This document shows, piece after piece, positions 17,206 through 26,594 of a DNA stretch of 39,088 nt. A program made the translations under genes and the position numbers. Numbering within the stretch: position 1 is the stretch's first letter; each line of letters begins with the position of its first letter. Source of the stretch: Novosphingobium sp. (GTDB taxonomy: Bacteria > Pseudomonadota > Alphaproteobacteria > Sphingomonadales > Sphingomonadaceae); assembly GCA_035563755.1 (NCBI GenBank), contig DATMUT010000043.1, positions 1-39,088 on the forward strand, in the 5' to 3' direction. The notes beneath the pieces are model-generated. The model had not been told where the DNA came from and searched no databases. It was given only the letters and a program-made list of their open reading frames with translations.

Positions 17206-18438
17206 TCACAACTGGTAATAGGGGTGAGCGGTGTCGTTGAGCGGCTCGCAGCCGTTGGCGGTGATCAGCCACAGGTCTTCCAGATGCACCGTGCCGCCCA
17301 TGTCGGTCTGCAGCATCGGGCAGTCGACGCTCAGCACCATGCCCTCCTCGATCAGGTGGTCGGCCTTGGCGAAGACCAGCCCGTCGTCCTTGAACGCCTC
17401 GTCGGTGTGGAACAGGCCTACGCTGTGCGGCGAGGAGGGCGTGGTGATGTCAAAGCCGGCCTTGGCCACCGCTTCCTGCCCGATGCGGCTGATGTCGGAA
17501 TAGCGCAGGCCCGGCCCCAGATTGCGCGCCACCGCCGCGTTGCAGGCAATCGCCCCCTCGACCGCCTGCATGACCGCGGCCGTGGGGGTGCCCACCAGAA
17601 TGGTGCGCCCATAATCGCCGTGATAGCCCGAATAGGTGGCCACCGCATCGATCGAGAAGGCGCGCCCCTCGGTAATCACCTTGCGGCGCTGGCGATAGGG
17701 CACATGGTCGGTCGAGATGAACACCGGCTTGCCCCCGCGCCGCCCGGTTTCGGCAAAAAACGCGTTTTGCAGGTCGACATAGGTCGAGCCGATGCCAACC
17801 GTGGCCAGCGCCGCCTGAAACGCCTCGCAGTTGCTTTGCGCGGCAATGCGCATCAGGCCGATCTCGTGCACGCTCTTGATCATGCGGGTGCGGCGCAGCA
17901 GCGGCCCGGCCGGGCGCGCAGCCCCTGCCCCCAGCCCCGCCAGCAACGAGGAGACCACATTGTCGGTGGCAATTGCGCCCTCACCCAGCCCGCCGAGCAC
18001 CGAGCGCACCGCCTGCCCGGCATCGACATAGGCCGGATGCGCCTCGAGCTGGGCGAGCGTCGTGGCGCGGGTGGCGCGCTCGTACACATCCTCGGTGCCA
18101 TCGGCGGCCGAGCGGAAGAAGATTGGCGGCATGGCGTTCTCGCCATCCTGATCGGGCGCGGTATAGAGCAGGATCTGCAGCGGGCTGCCGGGCGGCACAT
18201 CGTCGATGTCGAAGAAATAGTGCAGGAACTGGGCCGTTACCAGCGTGACCGGCTGCGCCGCATCGGCCGGCACCACCGCCACCGACGAGCCGACATTGCC
18301 CATGATGACCGTCTGCGGCCAGAAGCCGGTGGCGTAATAGATGTTGGTGGGGTCGGCCAGCACCATGGCCGAAACGCCGGCCTGCTGCATCACCTGTTGG
18401 GCGCGGCTGCGGTTGATAAGCGGGGTGGGCAGGCTCAT
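17206..18438 (-). CDS. M24 (Xaa-Pro peptidase/creatinase fold) hydrolase
   Basis: Creatinase-like N-domain (DPTNIYYATGF), RMIKSVHEI, SIDAV...YHGDYGRT, PHSVGL, VLSVDCP, VHLEDLW. Confidence 0.85.
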   Translation of the reverse strand: MSLPTPLINRSRAQQVMQQAGVSAMVLADPTNIYYATGFWPQTVIMGNVGSSVAVVPADAAQPVTLVTAQFLHYFFDIDDVPPGSPLQILLYTAPDQDGENAMPPIFFRSAADGTEDVYERATRATTLAQLEAHPAYVDAGQAVRSVLGGLGEGAIATDNVVSSLLAGLGAGAARPAGPLLRRTRMIKSVHEIGLMRIAAQSNCEAFQAALATVGIGSTYVDLQNAFFAETGRRGGKPVFISTDHVPYRQRRKVITEGRAFSIDAVATYSGYHGDYGRTILVGTPTAAVMQAVEGAIACNAAVARNLGPGLRYSDISRIGQEAVAKAGFDITTPSSPHSVGLFHTDEAFKDDGLVFAKADHLIEEGMVLSVDCPMLQTDMGGTVHLEDLWLITANGCEPLNDTAHPYYQL

Positions 18439-18498
18439 GGCAGGCTCCGTAAACAAGGGGGTGCGAGGGGGCGCAAGGGCCGCCCCCCCGGCGTTGGG

Positions 18499-19872
18499 TC
18501 AGGCGCGCGGCTGCTGCCAGATTTCCGGCTCGATACCGGTCTGGTGGGCGGCCGGGCGCTCCAGCCCCAGATGGTCGCGCAGCGTCTCGCCGGCATATTC
18601 GGTGCGGAACAGGCCGCGCTTTTGCAGCTCGGGCACCACCAGGTCGACAAAGCGCTCGAACATGACCGGCGAGATGGGCGCGGCGATCACGAAGCCATCG
18701 GCAGCGCCGGCGGCAAACCAGTCGGCCAGCAGGTCGGCCACCTGCGCGCCGGTGCCGGCAATGGTGTGGCTGGTGCGGCCAGCGGCCACATAGCGCGCGA
18801 TCTGCACCAGCGAGAGGCCTTCCTTTGCGGCATATTCGACAATGCGCTGCTGCGACCCGCGCGAGACGATATTGTCGGGCACATGGGGCAGCGGGCCATC
18901 AAGGTCATAGGGGCTGAAGTCGAAGCCGCCGAACTGCATGCTCAGCTGCGCCAGCGCCACGTCGGGGTGGATCAGCTCGTTCAGCTCCTGCGCGATGGCC
19001 TTGGCCTCGGCCTCGGTCTCGGCCACGGTGGGCTGAATGGCGGTCAGGATGCGCAGGCTGTCGGCCGGGCGGCCGGCGGCGACCACGCGCGCCTTCAGGT
19101 CGTTGTAGAAGGCCACCGCGCTCTCGCGCGTGGGGTGCGAGGTGAACACCGCATCGGCCTGCCGCGCGGCCAGATCCAGCCCCTGCGGCGAGGAACCGGC
19201 CTGCACCACCACCGGGTGGCCCTGCGGCGGGCGGCCCGTGGTCAGCGGCCCCTCGACCTTGAAGAAATCGCCCTCGTGGCGCAGGGCATTCACCTTGTCC
19301 GGGTCGAAGAAGCGGCCATCCTCGCGGTCCATCACCACCGCGTCGTCGGCCCAGGTGTCCCACAGGCCGCGCGCCACATCGACAAATTCGCTGGCGCGGG
19401 CATAGCGCTCGTCGTGGCCATAGTGGGCCTCGCGGCCAAAGTTGTGCGCCTCGTTCTCGGACTGGGCGGTCACCACGTTCCAGCCCGCGCGCCCGCCGCT
19501 CATGAAGTCGAGCGTGGCCATGCGCCGCGCGACCGAGAAAGGCTCGTTGTAGCTGGTCGACAAGGTGGCCACCAGGCCCACGCGGCTGGTGGCCATGGCC
19601 AGGCTGCCCAGCATGGTCACAGGGTCGATGCTGAGCGAGGAGAGGCGCGAGAAGGCGTCGCGCCCGGGCATGGCGCGATAGCCCTGCGCATCGGCAAAGA
19701 ACACCGCGTCAAACAGGCCCCGCTCGGCAATACGGCCAATCTCGAGGTAGTGCGCAGGCGAAAGCGCCGCGCGCCCCGATGCCAGCGGATGACGCCAGCT
19801 GGCCACATGCGCGCCGCTGCCCATGGGCATTGCGAACAGGTGCATCTGCTTGTTGTCGGTCGAGGAAACCAT
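18499..19872 (-). CDS. NtaA/SnaA/DszA-family FMNH2-dependent monooxygenase
   Basis: AERGLFDAVFFAD, TLSTSYNEPF, GRAGWNVVT, PQGHPVVVQAGSS, VPELQKRGLFRTEY. Confidence 0.9.
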   Translation of the reverse strand: MVSSTDNKQMHLFAMPMGSGAHVASWRHPLASGRAALSPAHYLEIGRIAERGLFDAVFFADAQGYRAMPGRDAFSRLSSLSIDPVTMLGSLAMATSRVGLVATLSTSYNEPFSVARRMATLDFMSGGRAGWNVVTAQSENEAHNFGREAHYGHDERYARASEFVDVARGLWDTWADDAVVMDREDGRFFDPDKVNALRHEGDFFKVEGPLTTGRPPQGHPVVVQAGSSPQGLDLAARQADAVFTSHPTRESAVAFYNDLKARVVAAGRPADSLRILTAIQPTVAETEAEAKAIAQELNELIHPDVALAQLSMQFGGFDFSPYDLDGPLPHVPDNIVSRGSQQRIVEYAAKEGLSLVQIARYVAAGRTSHTIAGTGAQVADLLADWFAAGAADGFVIAAPISPVMFERFVDLVVPELQKRGLFRTEYAGETLRDHLGLERPAAHQTGIEPEIWQQPRA

Positions 19873-20177
19873 GTGTCGCCCTTGTGAGAAAATGCTGGTG
19901 TGAGAAAAACGCTGGCTCGCACCCTGCCACGCGCGGCGGCAAGGGTGGTGGCTCTTTTTCGACCATTACGCCAGTCGGACAAATTCAGGATAACAGCTAT
20001 GCCCGCCTTAGGCCCGCGCGGCGGGCCGGCGGGCGGCCATGACACTGGCGCAATGGGCAAATTGGCGGGCGGGCGCGGGCGCAATAGCCATTGCGCGGCA
20101 AGGCAAAGGCAGCTAGCCGGGTGCTCAACTATATTTTTTAATATACAAATAAAACACGACCTCAGGGATACCCTTTC

Positions 20178-22556
20178 ATGCGAAAATCCGCCCTTCTGCC
20201 GGCCGTTTCGGCCGCCGCCATGCTGTTGGCCTGCGCGCCCGCCCGCGCAGCCAACGCCGAGCCAAACGCCGAACCAGCCCCACCGGCACTGCGCGATGCC
20301 GCCGCCGACATTACCGTGACCGCCCGCCGCCGCGCCGAACGCGCGCAGGATGTGCCGGCCGCGCTTTCGGTGGTGACCGGCGCGTTGTTGACCGCCACCC
20401 GCAGCGTGAACCTGCAACAGGTTTCCACGCTGGTGCCCTCGCTCAACTATTCCAGCGCCAACCCGCGCAACACCGCCTTCACCATCCGCGGCCTTGGCTC
20501 GAGCGTGGTGTCGGTCAGCCAGGCGAACGACGGGCTGGAGCCGGGCGTGGGCTTCTATGTCGACGAGGTCTATCACGCGCGCCCGGCAACAGCGGCCTTC
20601 GACTTTGTCGACATCGACCATATCGAGGTGCTGCGCGGGCCGCAGGGCACGGTGTTTGGCAAGAACACCACCGCGGGCGCGATCAGCATTTCCACCCAAA
20701 AGCCCAGCTTCACCTTTGGCGCGCAGGCCGAAGCCAGCTATGGCCAGCAGAACTTCCGCCAGTTCAAGGCCGCCATTACCGGGCCGCTGGTGGCCGATCT
20801 GGCCGCGTTTCGCCTGTCGGGCTCGCTCACCAAACGCGACGGGGTGATCTGGAACCAGCGCTACAACGTGTGGCAGAACAACATCGACAATGCCGCCCTG
20901 CGCGGGCAGATCCTGCTGACCCCGGCCAGCAACCTGTCGATCCGCCTGATTGGCGACTGGTCCAGCTTCAAGGGCCAGTGCTGCACGCAGGTCTATGTGC
21001 GCGTGGCCCCAACGCTCAAGCCCGTCGCCCAGCAATATGCCGCGCTGGCCGCAGGGCTTGGCTACAGCGTGCCCTCGACCAACCCCTATGCCCGCATCAC
21101 CGACATCGACGCCGGCGTTGGCGTCGACACGCAGGAAGGCGGCGCCAGCGCCATTGCCGAGCTGAAGAGCGGCCCCTTTGCCATCACCTCGGTCACCGCC
21201 TGGCGTTTCTGGGACTGGGACGCGGCCAACGACCGCGACTATACCGGCGTGCCCGTGCAGATGACCCAGCACATCCCCAGCCGGCAGGACCAGATCAGCC
21301 AGGAACTGCGCTTTGCCAACCGCACTCCGGGGCGGGTCGACTATGTGGGCGGGCTTTATTACTTCCACCAGAAGATCGTGGGCCACCCCATCAGCATCTA
21401 TGGCGCGCAGGCCACCTATTGGCTGCTGCCATCGGGGCGGCCGTCCAACCTGCTCGACGGCTATGGGCAGGATGGCACAACCGATTTCCATTCCGACTCG
21501 CTGGCCGTGTTTGGCGAGGCGACATGGCACATCACCGACAGGCTGGCCTTTACCGGCGGCCTGCGCGAAACGTGGGAAACCAAGCACGGCACCTATGCCA
21601 CCACGGTGAGCGGCGGCCTTGCCACCACCACCGCCTCGCTGATTTCCGACAAGAACTCTATCCTGCGCGCGCAGAACTATTCGGCCGGCGTGTCGGAAGA
21701 GGGCCTGTCGGGCCGCGTCAACCTGGCGTGGAAGGCCACGCGCGACATCCTGCTGTATGTGAACGGGGCCAGCGGGCAAAAGTCGGGCGGCATCAACATG
21801 TCGGGCCTGCCGGTCTATCCGGCGGGCGTTGCGGGCCATGCCTCGGGCGATCCCATCCTGTCCACCGCCGTCATCCGGCCCGAGCGCAACTTCACCTGGG
21901 AGGCGGGCGTCAAAAGCCAGTGGCTGGGCGGCAGGGCCACGCTCAACCTGGCGGTCTATTCAACGGTTGTGCATGATTTTCAGGCCAATGTGGTCGACAA
22001 TGCCGCGGTTGTGGCGCTGCGCTCGTATCTGGCCAACATTCCGCGCGTGACCGTGCGCGGGGTCGAGGCCGATGGCAACTGGCAGGTGGCGCCCTGGTTC
22101 GCGCTGCGTGGCAGCCTGGCCTTTGCCGACGGGCGCTATGCCTCATACCCGGCCGGGCCTTGCCCGATCGAGCTGACGGGATCGGCCACGACCTCGTGCG
22201 ACCTGACCGGCAAGGGGCTGCCGGGCCTTCCCAAATGGACCGGATCGCTGGGCGGCGAGGTCACGCATAATCTGGGCGCCAACCAGCTGTACCTGCGCGC
22301 CGACGCCACCTTGCGCAGCATGATCTATGGCGAGGCGTCCGACAGCGCCTATACCACCATTGCCGGCTATACGCTGGTCAACGCCTCGGCCGGGGTGCGG
22401 GTGGGGCCGCGCTGGGGCGTCGAGGTTTTCGTGCGCAACCTGACCAACGCCAACTATCTGCAGAACGTGACCGTGCAGGCGGGCAACAGCGGGCTGATCG
22501 TGGGCACGCCCAGCGACCCGCGCATGTTTGGCGTAACGCTGCGCGGCAAGGTGTAG
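20178..22556 (+). CDS. TonB-dependent receptor
   Basis: Signal peptide, ITVTARRR, NPRNTAFTIRGLG...NDGLEPGVGFYVD, EVLRGPQGTVFGKNTTAG, C-terminal PRMFGVTL. Confidence 0.93.
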   Translation: MRKSALLPAVSAAAMLLACAPARAANAEPNAEPAPPALRDAAADITVTARRRAERAQDVPAALSVVTGALLTATRSVNLQQVSTLVPSLNYSSANPRNTAFTIRGLGSSVVSVSQANDGLEPGVGFYVDEVYHARPATAAFDFVDIDHIEVLRGPQGTVFGKNTTAGAISISTQKPSFTFGAQAEASYGQQNFRQFKAAITGPLVADLAAFRLSGSLTKRDGVIWNQRYNVWQNNIDNAALRGQILLTPASNLSIRLIGDWSSFKGQCCTQVYVRVAPTLKPVAQQYAALAAGLGYSVPSTNPYARITDIDAGVGVDTQEGGASAIAELKSGPFAITSVTAWRFWDWDAANDRDYTGVPVQMTQHIPSRQDQISQELRFANRTPGRVDYVGGLYYFHQKIVGHPISIYGAQATYWLLPSGRPSNLLDGYGQDGTTDFHSDSLAVFGEATWHITDRLAFTGGLRETWETKHGTYATTVSGGLATTTASLISDKNSILRAQNYSAGVSEEGLSGRVNLAWKATRDILLYVNGASGQKSGGINMSGLPVYPAGVAGHASGDPILSTAVIRPERNFTWEAGVKSQWLGGRATLNLAVYSTVVHDFQANVVDNAAVVALRSYLANIPRVTVRGVEADGNWQVAPWFALRGSLAFADGRYASYPAGPCPIELTGSATTSCDLTGKGLPGLPKWTGSLGGEVTHNLGANQLYLRADATLRSMIYGEASDSAYTTIAGYTLVNASAGVRVGPRWGVEVFVRNLTNANYLQNVTVQAGNSGLIVGTPSDPRMFGVTLRGKV

Positions 22557-22570
22557 CGCGCAGCCGCCGC

Positions 22571-22858
22571 CTAGCGGCCGCCCCTCTGCCCCGCGCGCGC
22601 ATAGGCCAGACCCATGCGCGCCGGCAGGCCAGCGCGGCGGCGCAGCACCTGCAGCACAAAGCGGCGGGCATCGGCCCCATGCGCGAAGGCGTGGCGCCGC
22701 CTTGTGCCGCGCGCGCCAATGCGCCCCCAGGCTAGCTCGACCACCACCGCGCCAAACAGGTCGCGGCTGACCGAAATGGCATAGCGGCGGGCGATGTTGC
22801 GGGCCGGATCGCGGGCTTCGAGATGCAGGGCAAAGGGGATCGACAGGGCCTGTTTCAT
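22571..22858 (-). CDS. WGR domain protein
   Basis: LEARDPARNIARRY...DLFG...LAWGRIG. Divergent from parA. Confidence 0.75.
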   Translation of the reverse strand: MKQALSIPFALHLEARDPARNIARRYAISVSRDLFGAVVVELAWGRIGARGTRRRHAFAHGADARRFVLQVLRRRAGLPARMGLAYARAGQRGGR

Positions 22859-23055
22859 GGCCCAACACTCGCGCGGGGGCCTGCCTGCGTCCAACGAGGA
22901 AAAGGAATCGCCCGCGCGTCTGTGATTCATCTTTTCGATTGCCGGGCGCGCATAATGCCGGCCAGATCATTCATCGCTGGCGGTGGCTTGCCATTTTGAA
23001 TGCCTTTTGCAATACCTTGGCAAATCGTCGTTCAAAATGGTGGCAGGCGGCCTGT

Positions 23056-24249
23056 ATGCATTCAGTACTCACGCAAATTGGCGACCTGTCGGACGCCGGC
23101 GAGAAGATGATCGAACGGCTGCGGCGCAAGGCCTTTCTGCCCGACAGCCGCAAGGCGCTCAACATCCGTTTTGGCATTGCCGAGGCCGCGCAGCTGCTCG
23201 ATTGCTCGACCAACCGCATCCGCATGGCCGAGGAGGACGGGCGCCTGCCCCCAGCCCCCGTCGAGAACGGGCGGCGGCTGGGCTATACGATGGCGCAGCT
23301 GCTCAACATGCGCGAGGTGCTAGACGCCTCGCCGGCCCGCGCGCCGCTCGATGTGGCGCAGATCATCGCGGTGCAGAACTTCAAGGGCGGCGTTGGCAAG
23401 TCGACCGTGACGACCCATCTGGCGCATTATTTCGCCATTCAGGGCTACCGCGTGCTGGTGGTCGATTGCGACAGCCAGGCCACCACCACCACGCTGTTCG
23501 GCTTCAACCCGCATTTCAACATCACGCGCGAGGAAACGCTCTACCCCTATCTCTCGATCGACCCGACGCAGACCGACCTGCTGTATGCGGTCAAGAAAAC
23601 GCCCTGGCCCAATGTCGACCTCATCCCCTCAAACCTCGAGCTGTTTGATGTGGAATACGAGCTGGCGGCGGCGGGCGCGGATGGGCAAGCGGTTCTGGCC
23701 GCGCGCTTTCGCAAGCTGAAACAAGGACTTATCGACCTTTCGCGCGATTACGACGTGGTCATCCTCGACCCGCCGCCGGCGCTGGGCACGATCAGCCTTG
23801 CGGTCATGCAGGCGGCCAATGCGCTGCTGGTGCCCATGGCGGCCACCACGCCCGACTTCTGCTCGACGGTGCAGTTCCTCTCGATGATGGACCAGGTCAT
23901 CAACCAGCTGGTCGAGGCGGGCATTGCGGTCGACTATTCCTTCGTGCGGCTGATCTGCTCGAAGTTTGACGCCAACGACCCCAGCCACGCCATGGTGCGC
24001 ACCATCATGGAGCAGACCTTTGGCGCGGCGCTGCTGCCGGTGCCGGTGCTCGATTCGGCCGAGATCAGCCATGCCGCGCTGCGCATGATGACCGTGTACG
24101 AGCTGGAAAAGGCGATTGGCACGACCAAGACGCACAAGCGCTGCAAGGCCAATCTGGACGAGGCGATGGGGCAGGTCGAGCAGTTGGTGCGCGCCGGCTG
24201 GGGCCGGGTGTCGCCCGTGGGCGAGGAGGAGCTGATCCATGGCGCGTAA
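23056..24249 (+). CDS. parA: Type Ia plasmid/chromid partition ATPase with N-terminal HTH
   Basis: FGIAEAAQLL HTH, deviant Walker A NFKGGVGKST, VVDCDSQ, ILDPPP. Confidence 0.92.
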   Translation: MHSVLTQIGDLSDAGEKMIERLRRKAFLPDSRKALNIRFGIAEAAQLLDCSTNRIRMAEEDGRLPPAPVENGRRLGYTMAQLLNMREVLDASPARAPLDVAQIIAVQNFKGGVGKSTVTTHLAHYFAIQGYRVLVVDCDSQATTTTLFGFNPHFNITREETLYPYLSIDPTQTDLLYAVKKTPWPNVDLIPSNLELFDVEYELAAAGADGQAVLAARFRKLKQGLIDLSRDYDVVILDPPPALGTISLAVMQAANALLVPMAATTPDFCSTVQFLSMMDQVINQLVEAGIAVDYSFVRLICSKFDANDPSHAMVRTIMEQTFGAALLPVPVLDSAEISHAALRMMTVYELEKAIGTTKTHKRCKANLDEAMGQVEQLVRAGWGRVSPVGEEELIHGA

Positions 24250-25324
24250 GCAATCGGACTATCTGGCGGCGCTGCTTTCGGACGAGGAGGAAGCCCCCCC
24301 TGCCCCTGCGGATGTTTCCCCGGGGAAACAGGCCGAGGTGACCGCCGAAGCCCCCTACCCTGCCCCGGCCCCAGTGCGCGAAAGGCTGCGCGGCACCACC
24401 CTGCTGGGCCGCGAAAGCGCGATTGCCCGCGTGGCCAGCGGCGAGGTGCGGCAGGTTACACAGCTGCTGCTCGACCCGGCGCGGGTGCGGGTGTGGCCGG
24501 GCAATGCGCGCAGCTATGCCCATCTTTCCGAAGAGAGCTGCCGCGAACTGCTCGACTCGCTGATCGCCGAGGGCGGGCAGAAGGTGCCGGCCATCGTGCG
24601 CCGCCTCGAAAACGACCCGGCCCATGACTACGAGGTGATTGCCGGCACGCGGCGGCACTGGTCGGTCAGCTGGCTGCGGGCCAACAGCTATCCCGACATG
24701 CAGTTCGTGGCGCAGGTGGCCAATCTGGACGACGAGGCCGCCTTCCGCCTGGCCGACATCGAGAACCGGGCGCGCAAGGATGTCTCGGACCTCGAGCGGG
24801 CGCGCAACTATGCCGAGGCGCTCAAGCTGCACTATGGCAACCACCTCACCCGCATGGCCGAGCGGCTGCGCGTGTCAAAGGGATGGCTTTCGAAAATGCT
24901 CAAGGTGGCCAGCATTCCCGACGGGGTGATCGCCGCCTTTGCCTCGCCCGCCGATGTGCAGTTGAAGCCCGGCTATGCGCTGGCCCAGGCCATCGACCAG
25001 AACGGCAAGGCGATTGCCCAGGCAGCCCGCGCCCTTGCCGCCCAGCAGGCCGCGCTGCGCAAGGCTGGCTCCCCTGCCCTGCCCGCGGCCGATGTGCTGC
25101 GCCGCCTGATCGAGGCCGGCAAGGACGCCAGCGCCCCCCCTGCCGACCTGTTCCGCTGGAGCAGCGCGCATGGGCGGCTGGGGCTGTCGGTGCAGTCGGC
25201 CAACCGACAGGGGGCCACGATCAAGGTCTATGCCGGATCGGGCGCCACCAACGACGAGCTGGTCGAGGCCTTCCGCCATGCGCTCGAGGCGCTGGGCGAG
25301 CAGGGAAAGGCGCCGCGCCAGTGA
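24239..25324 (+). CDS. parB: ParB/RepB partition protein
   Basis: GQKVPAIVR, EVIAGTRRH, ENRARKDVSDLERA, HTH MAERLRVSKGWLSK. Overlaps the parA end. Confidence 0.92.
   Translation: MARKQSDYLAALLSDEEEAPPAPADVSPGKQAEVTAEAPYPAPAPVRERLRGTTLLGRESAIARVASGEVRQVTQLLLDPARVRVWPGNARSYAHLSEESCRELLDSLIAEGGQKVPAIVRRLENDPAHDYEVIAGTRRHWSVSWLRANSYPDMQFVAQVANLDDEAAFRLADIENRARKDVSDLERARNYAEALKLHYGNHLTRMAERLRVSKGWLSKMLKVASIPDGVIAAFASPADVQLKPGYALAQAIDQNGKAIAQAARALAAQQAALRKAGSPALPAADVLRRLIEAGKDASAPPADLFRWSSAHGRLGLSVQSANRQGATIKVYAGSGATNDELVEAFRHALEALGEQGKAPRQ
24313..24330. repeat. parS-like palindrome TGTTTCCCCGGGGAAACA (copy 1, inside parB)
   Basis: Perfect 18-bp palindrome; the same core recurs at 25346 and 26280. 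Confidence 0.75.
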
Positions 25325-25345
25325 GTGCAGCCCACAAGGCAGGCG

Positions 25346-25365
25346 CTGTTTCCCCGGGGAAACAG
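25346..25365. repeat. parS-like palindrome CTGTTTCCCCGGGGAAACAG (copy 2, parB-rep intergenic)
   Basis: Perfect 20-bp palindrome. Confidence 0.75.
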
Positions 25366-25382
25366 GCAGGGCGGGCACGCCT

Positions 25383-26558
25383 GTGACCCGCCAGCGCAAA
25401 GGCCCCGCAGCGCAGCAGTTCGACCTGTTCCTGCCCTATATCGCCGACCTGCCCCTGCGCGATCAGCGCGAGATGATGGAGCGCCCCTTCTTCAGCCTGG
25501 CCAAGACCAAGCGCACCAAGCCCATCGACTACACCAGCCCCGACGGCAAGCTGTGGGTGAATGTGTCGGCCAACCCCAGCTATGGCATGGCCACCATCTG
25601 GGATGCCGACATTCTGATCTATTGCGCCAGCGTGCTGTCAGACATGGCCCGGCGCGGGGTGAACGACATGCCCCGCAAGCTCAACATCATGCCTTACGAC
25701 CTGCTGCGCGCGATTGGCCGGCCCACCACGGGCCGCGCCTACGAGCTGCTGGGGCAGGCGCTCGACCGGCTGGTGGCCACCACGATCAAGACCAATATCC
25801 GCGCCGAGAACCGCCGCGAGGCGACTTTCAGCTGGCTCGACGGGTGGACGCAGCTGGTCGATGAAAAGACCGAGCGGTCGCGCGGCATGACCATCGAGCT
25901 GTCGAACTGGTTCTGGGAAGGGGTGATGATGAAGGGCGGCGTGCTCTCGATCGACCGCGCCTATTTCGACATTACCGGCGGGCGCGAGCGGTGGCTGTAT
26001 CGCGTCGCGCGCAAACATGCCGGCGGCGCGGGCGAGGGGGGCTTTGCCATCACCATGCCCGTGCTGTTCGAGAAATCGGGCGCCGAGGGCGAATATCGCC
26101 GCTTCAAGTTCGAGCTGCTGAAACTGGCCGAAAAGAACGAGCTGCCCGGCTATGACCTGAGCGTGGAAGCCGCGCGCGGTGGCGAAACCGCCATCCGCAT
26201 GCGCCGCGTCGATGGCAAGCATGGGGCAGGGCAGGGGCTGGCCCCACAGGAACAGGCGGCCGCCAGCGCCGAGCTGGCAGTTTCCCCGGGGAAACCGCCC
26301 GAAACCATCGATGCCCGCCGCCTGATCCGCGCGACGGTGGCCGGCCTGTCGACCGCGGCCACCCGCGGTTTCATGACCGACGAGACGATCGAGCACCTGC
26401 GCGCGACATGCCCCGGCTGGGACCTCTACACCCTGCATGCCGAGTTCGAGCAATGGGTGAATGCCGACGCCGAGCGCACGCCGGTTGACTGGCAAAAGGC
26501 CTTCATCGGCTTTGTGAAGCGCCATCACGACAAGAACCGCCACACGCTGCACGGGTGA
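25383..26558 (+). CDS. repA: Replication initiator protein (RPA family)
   Basis: LPLRDQREMMERPFFSLAK, GMATIWDADIL, ERWLYRVARKHAG. GTG start at 25383; follows parAB. Confidence 0.88.
   Translation: MTRQRKGPAAQQFDLFLPYIADLPLRDQREMMERPFFSLAKTKRTKPIDYTSPDGKLWVNVSANPSYGMATIWDADILIYCASVLSDMARRGVNDMPRKLNIMPYDLLRAIGRPTTGRAYELLGQALDRLVATTIKTNIRAENRREATFSWLDGWTQLVDEKTERSRGMTIELSNWFWEGVMMKGGVLSIDRAYFDITGGRERWLYRVARKHAGGAGEGGFAITMPVLFEKSGAEGEYRRFKFELLKLAEKNELPGYDLSVEAARGGETAIRMRRVDGKHGAGQGLAPQEQAAASAELAVSPGKPPETIDARRLIRATVAGLSTAATRGFMTDETIEHLRATCPGWDLYTLHAEFEQWVNADAERTPVDWQKAFIGFVKRHHDKNRHTLHG
26280..26295. repeat. parS-like palindrome GTTTCCCCGGGGAAAC (copy 3, inside rep)
   Basis: Perfect 16-bp palindrome within the low-complexity linker of Rep. 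Confidence 0.7.
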
Positions 26559-26594
26559 GGGCAGGCGGGCAGGGGCCTGCCTGCTCGCCCTTGC

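Noticed and set aside
17224-19887. 887-aa plus-strand ORF
   Set aside because: Antisense shadow of the M24 and NtaA genes. It has no recognisable motifs, and such shadows are typical of high-GC DNA.
19617-21839. Long antisense ORFs over real genes (also 27227-29410, 38221-39000, 2766-4517, 4057-5673, 6272-7561, 34650-36317)
   Set aside because: Each lies opposite a well-supported gene and lacks family motifs.
20178-22556. TonB receptor as a lanthanide (LutH-like) importer for XoxF
   Set aside because: It is separated from the xox cluster by the TA and monooxygenase genes and is divergent from the NtaA-type gene. Nothing in the sequence supports lanthanide specificity.
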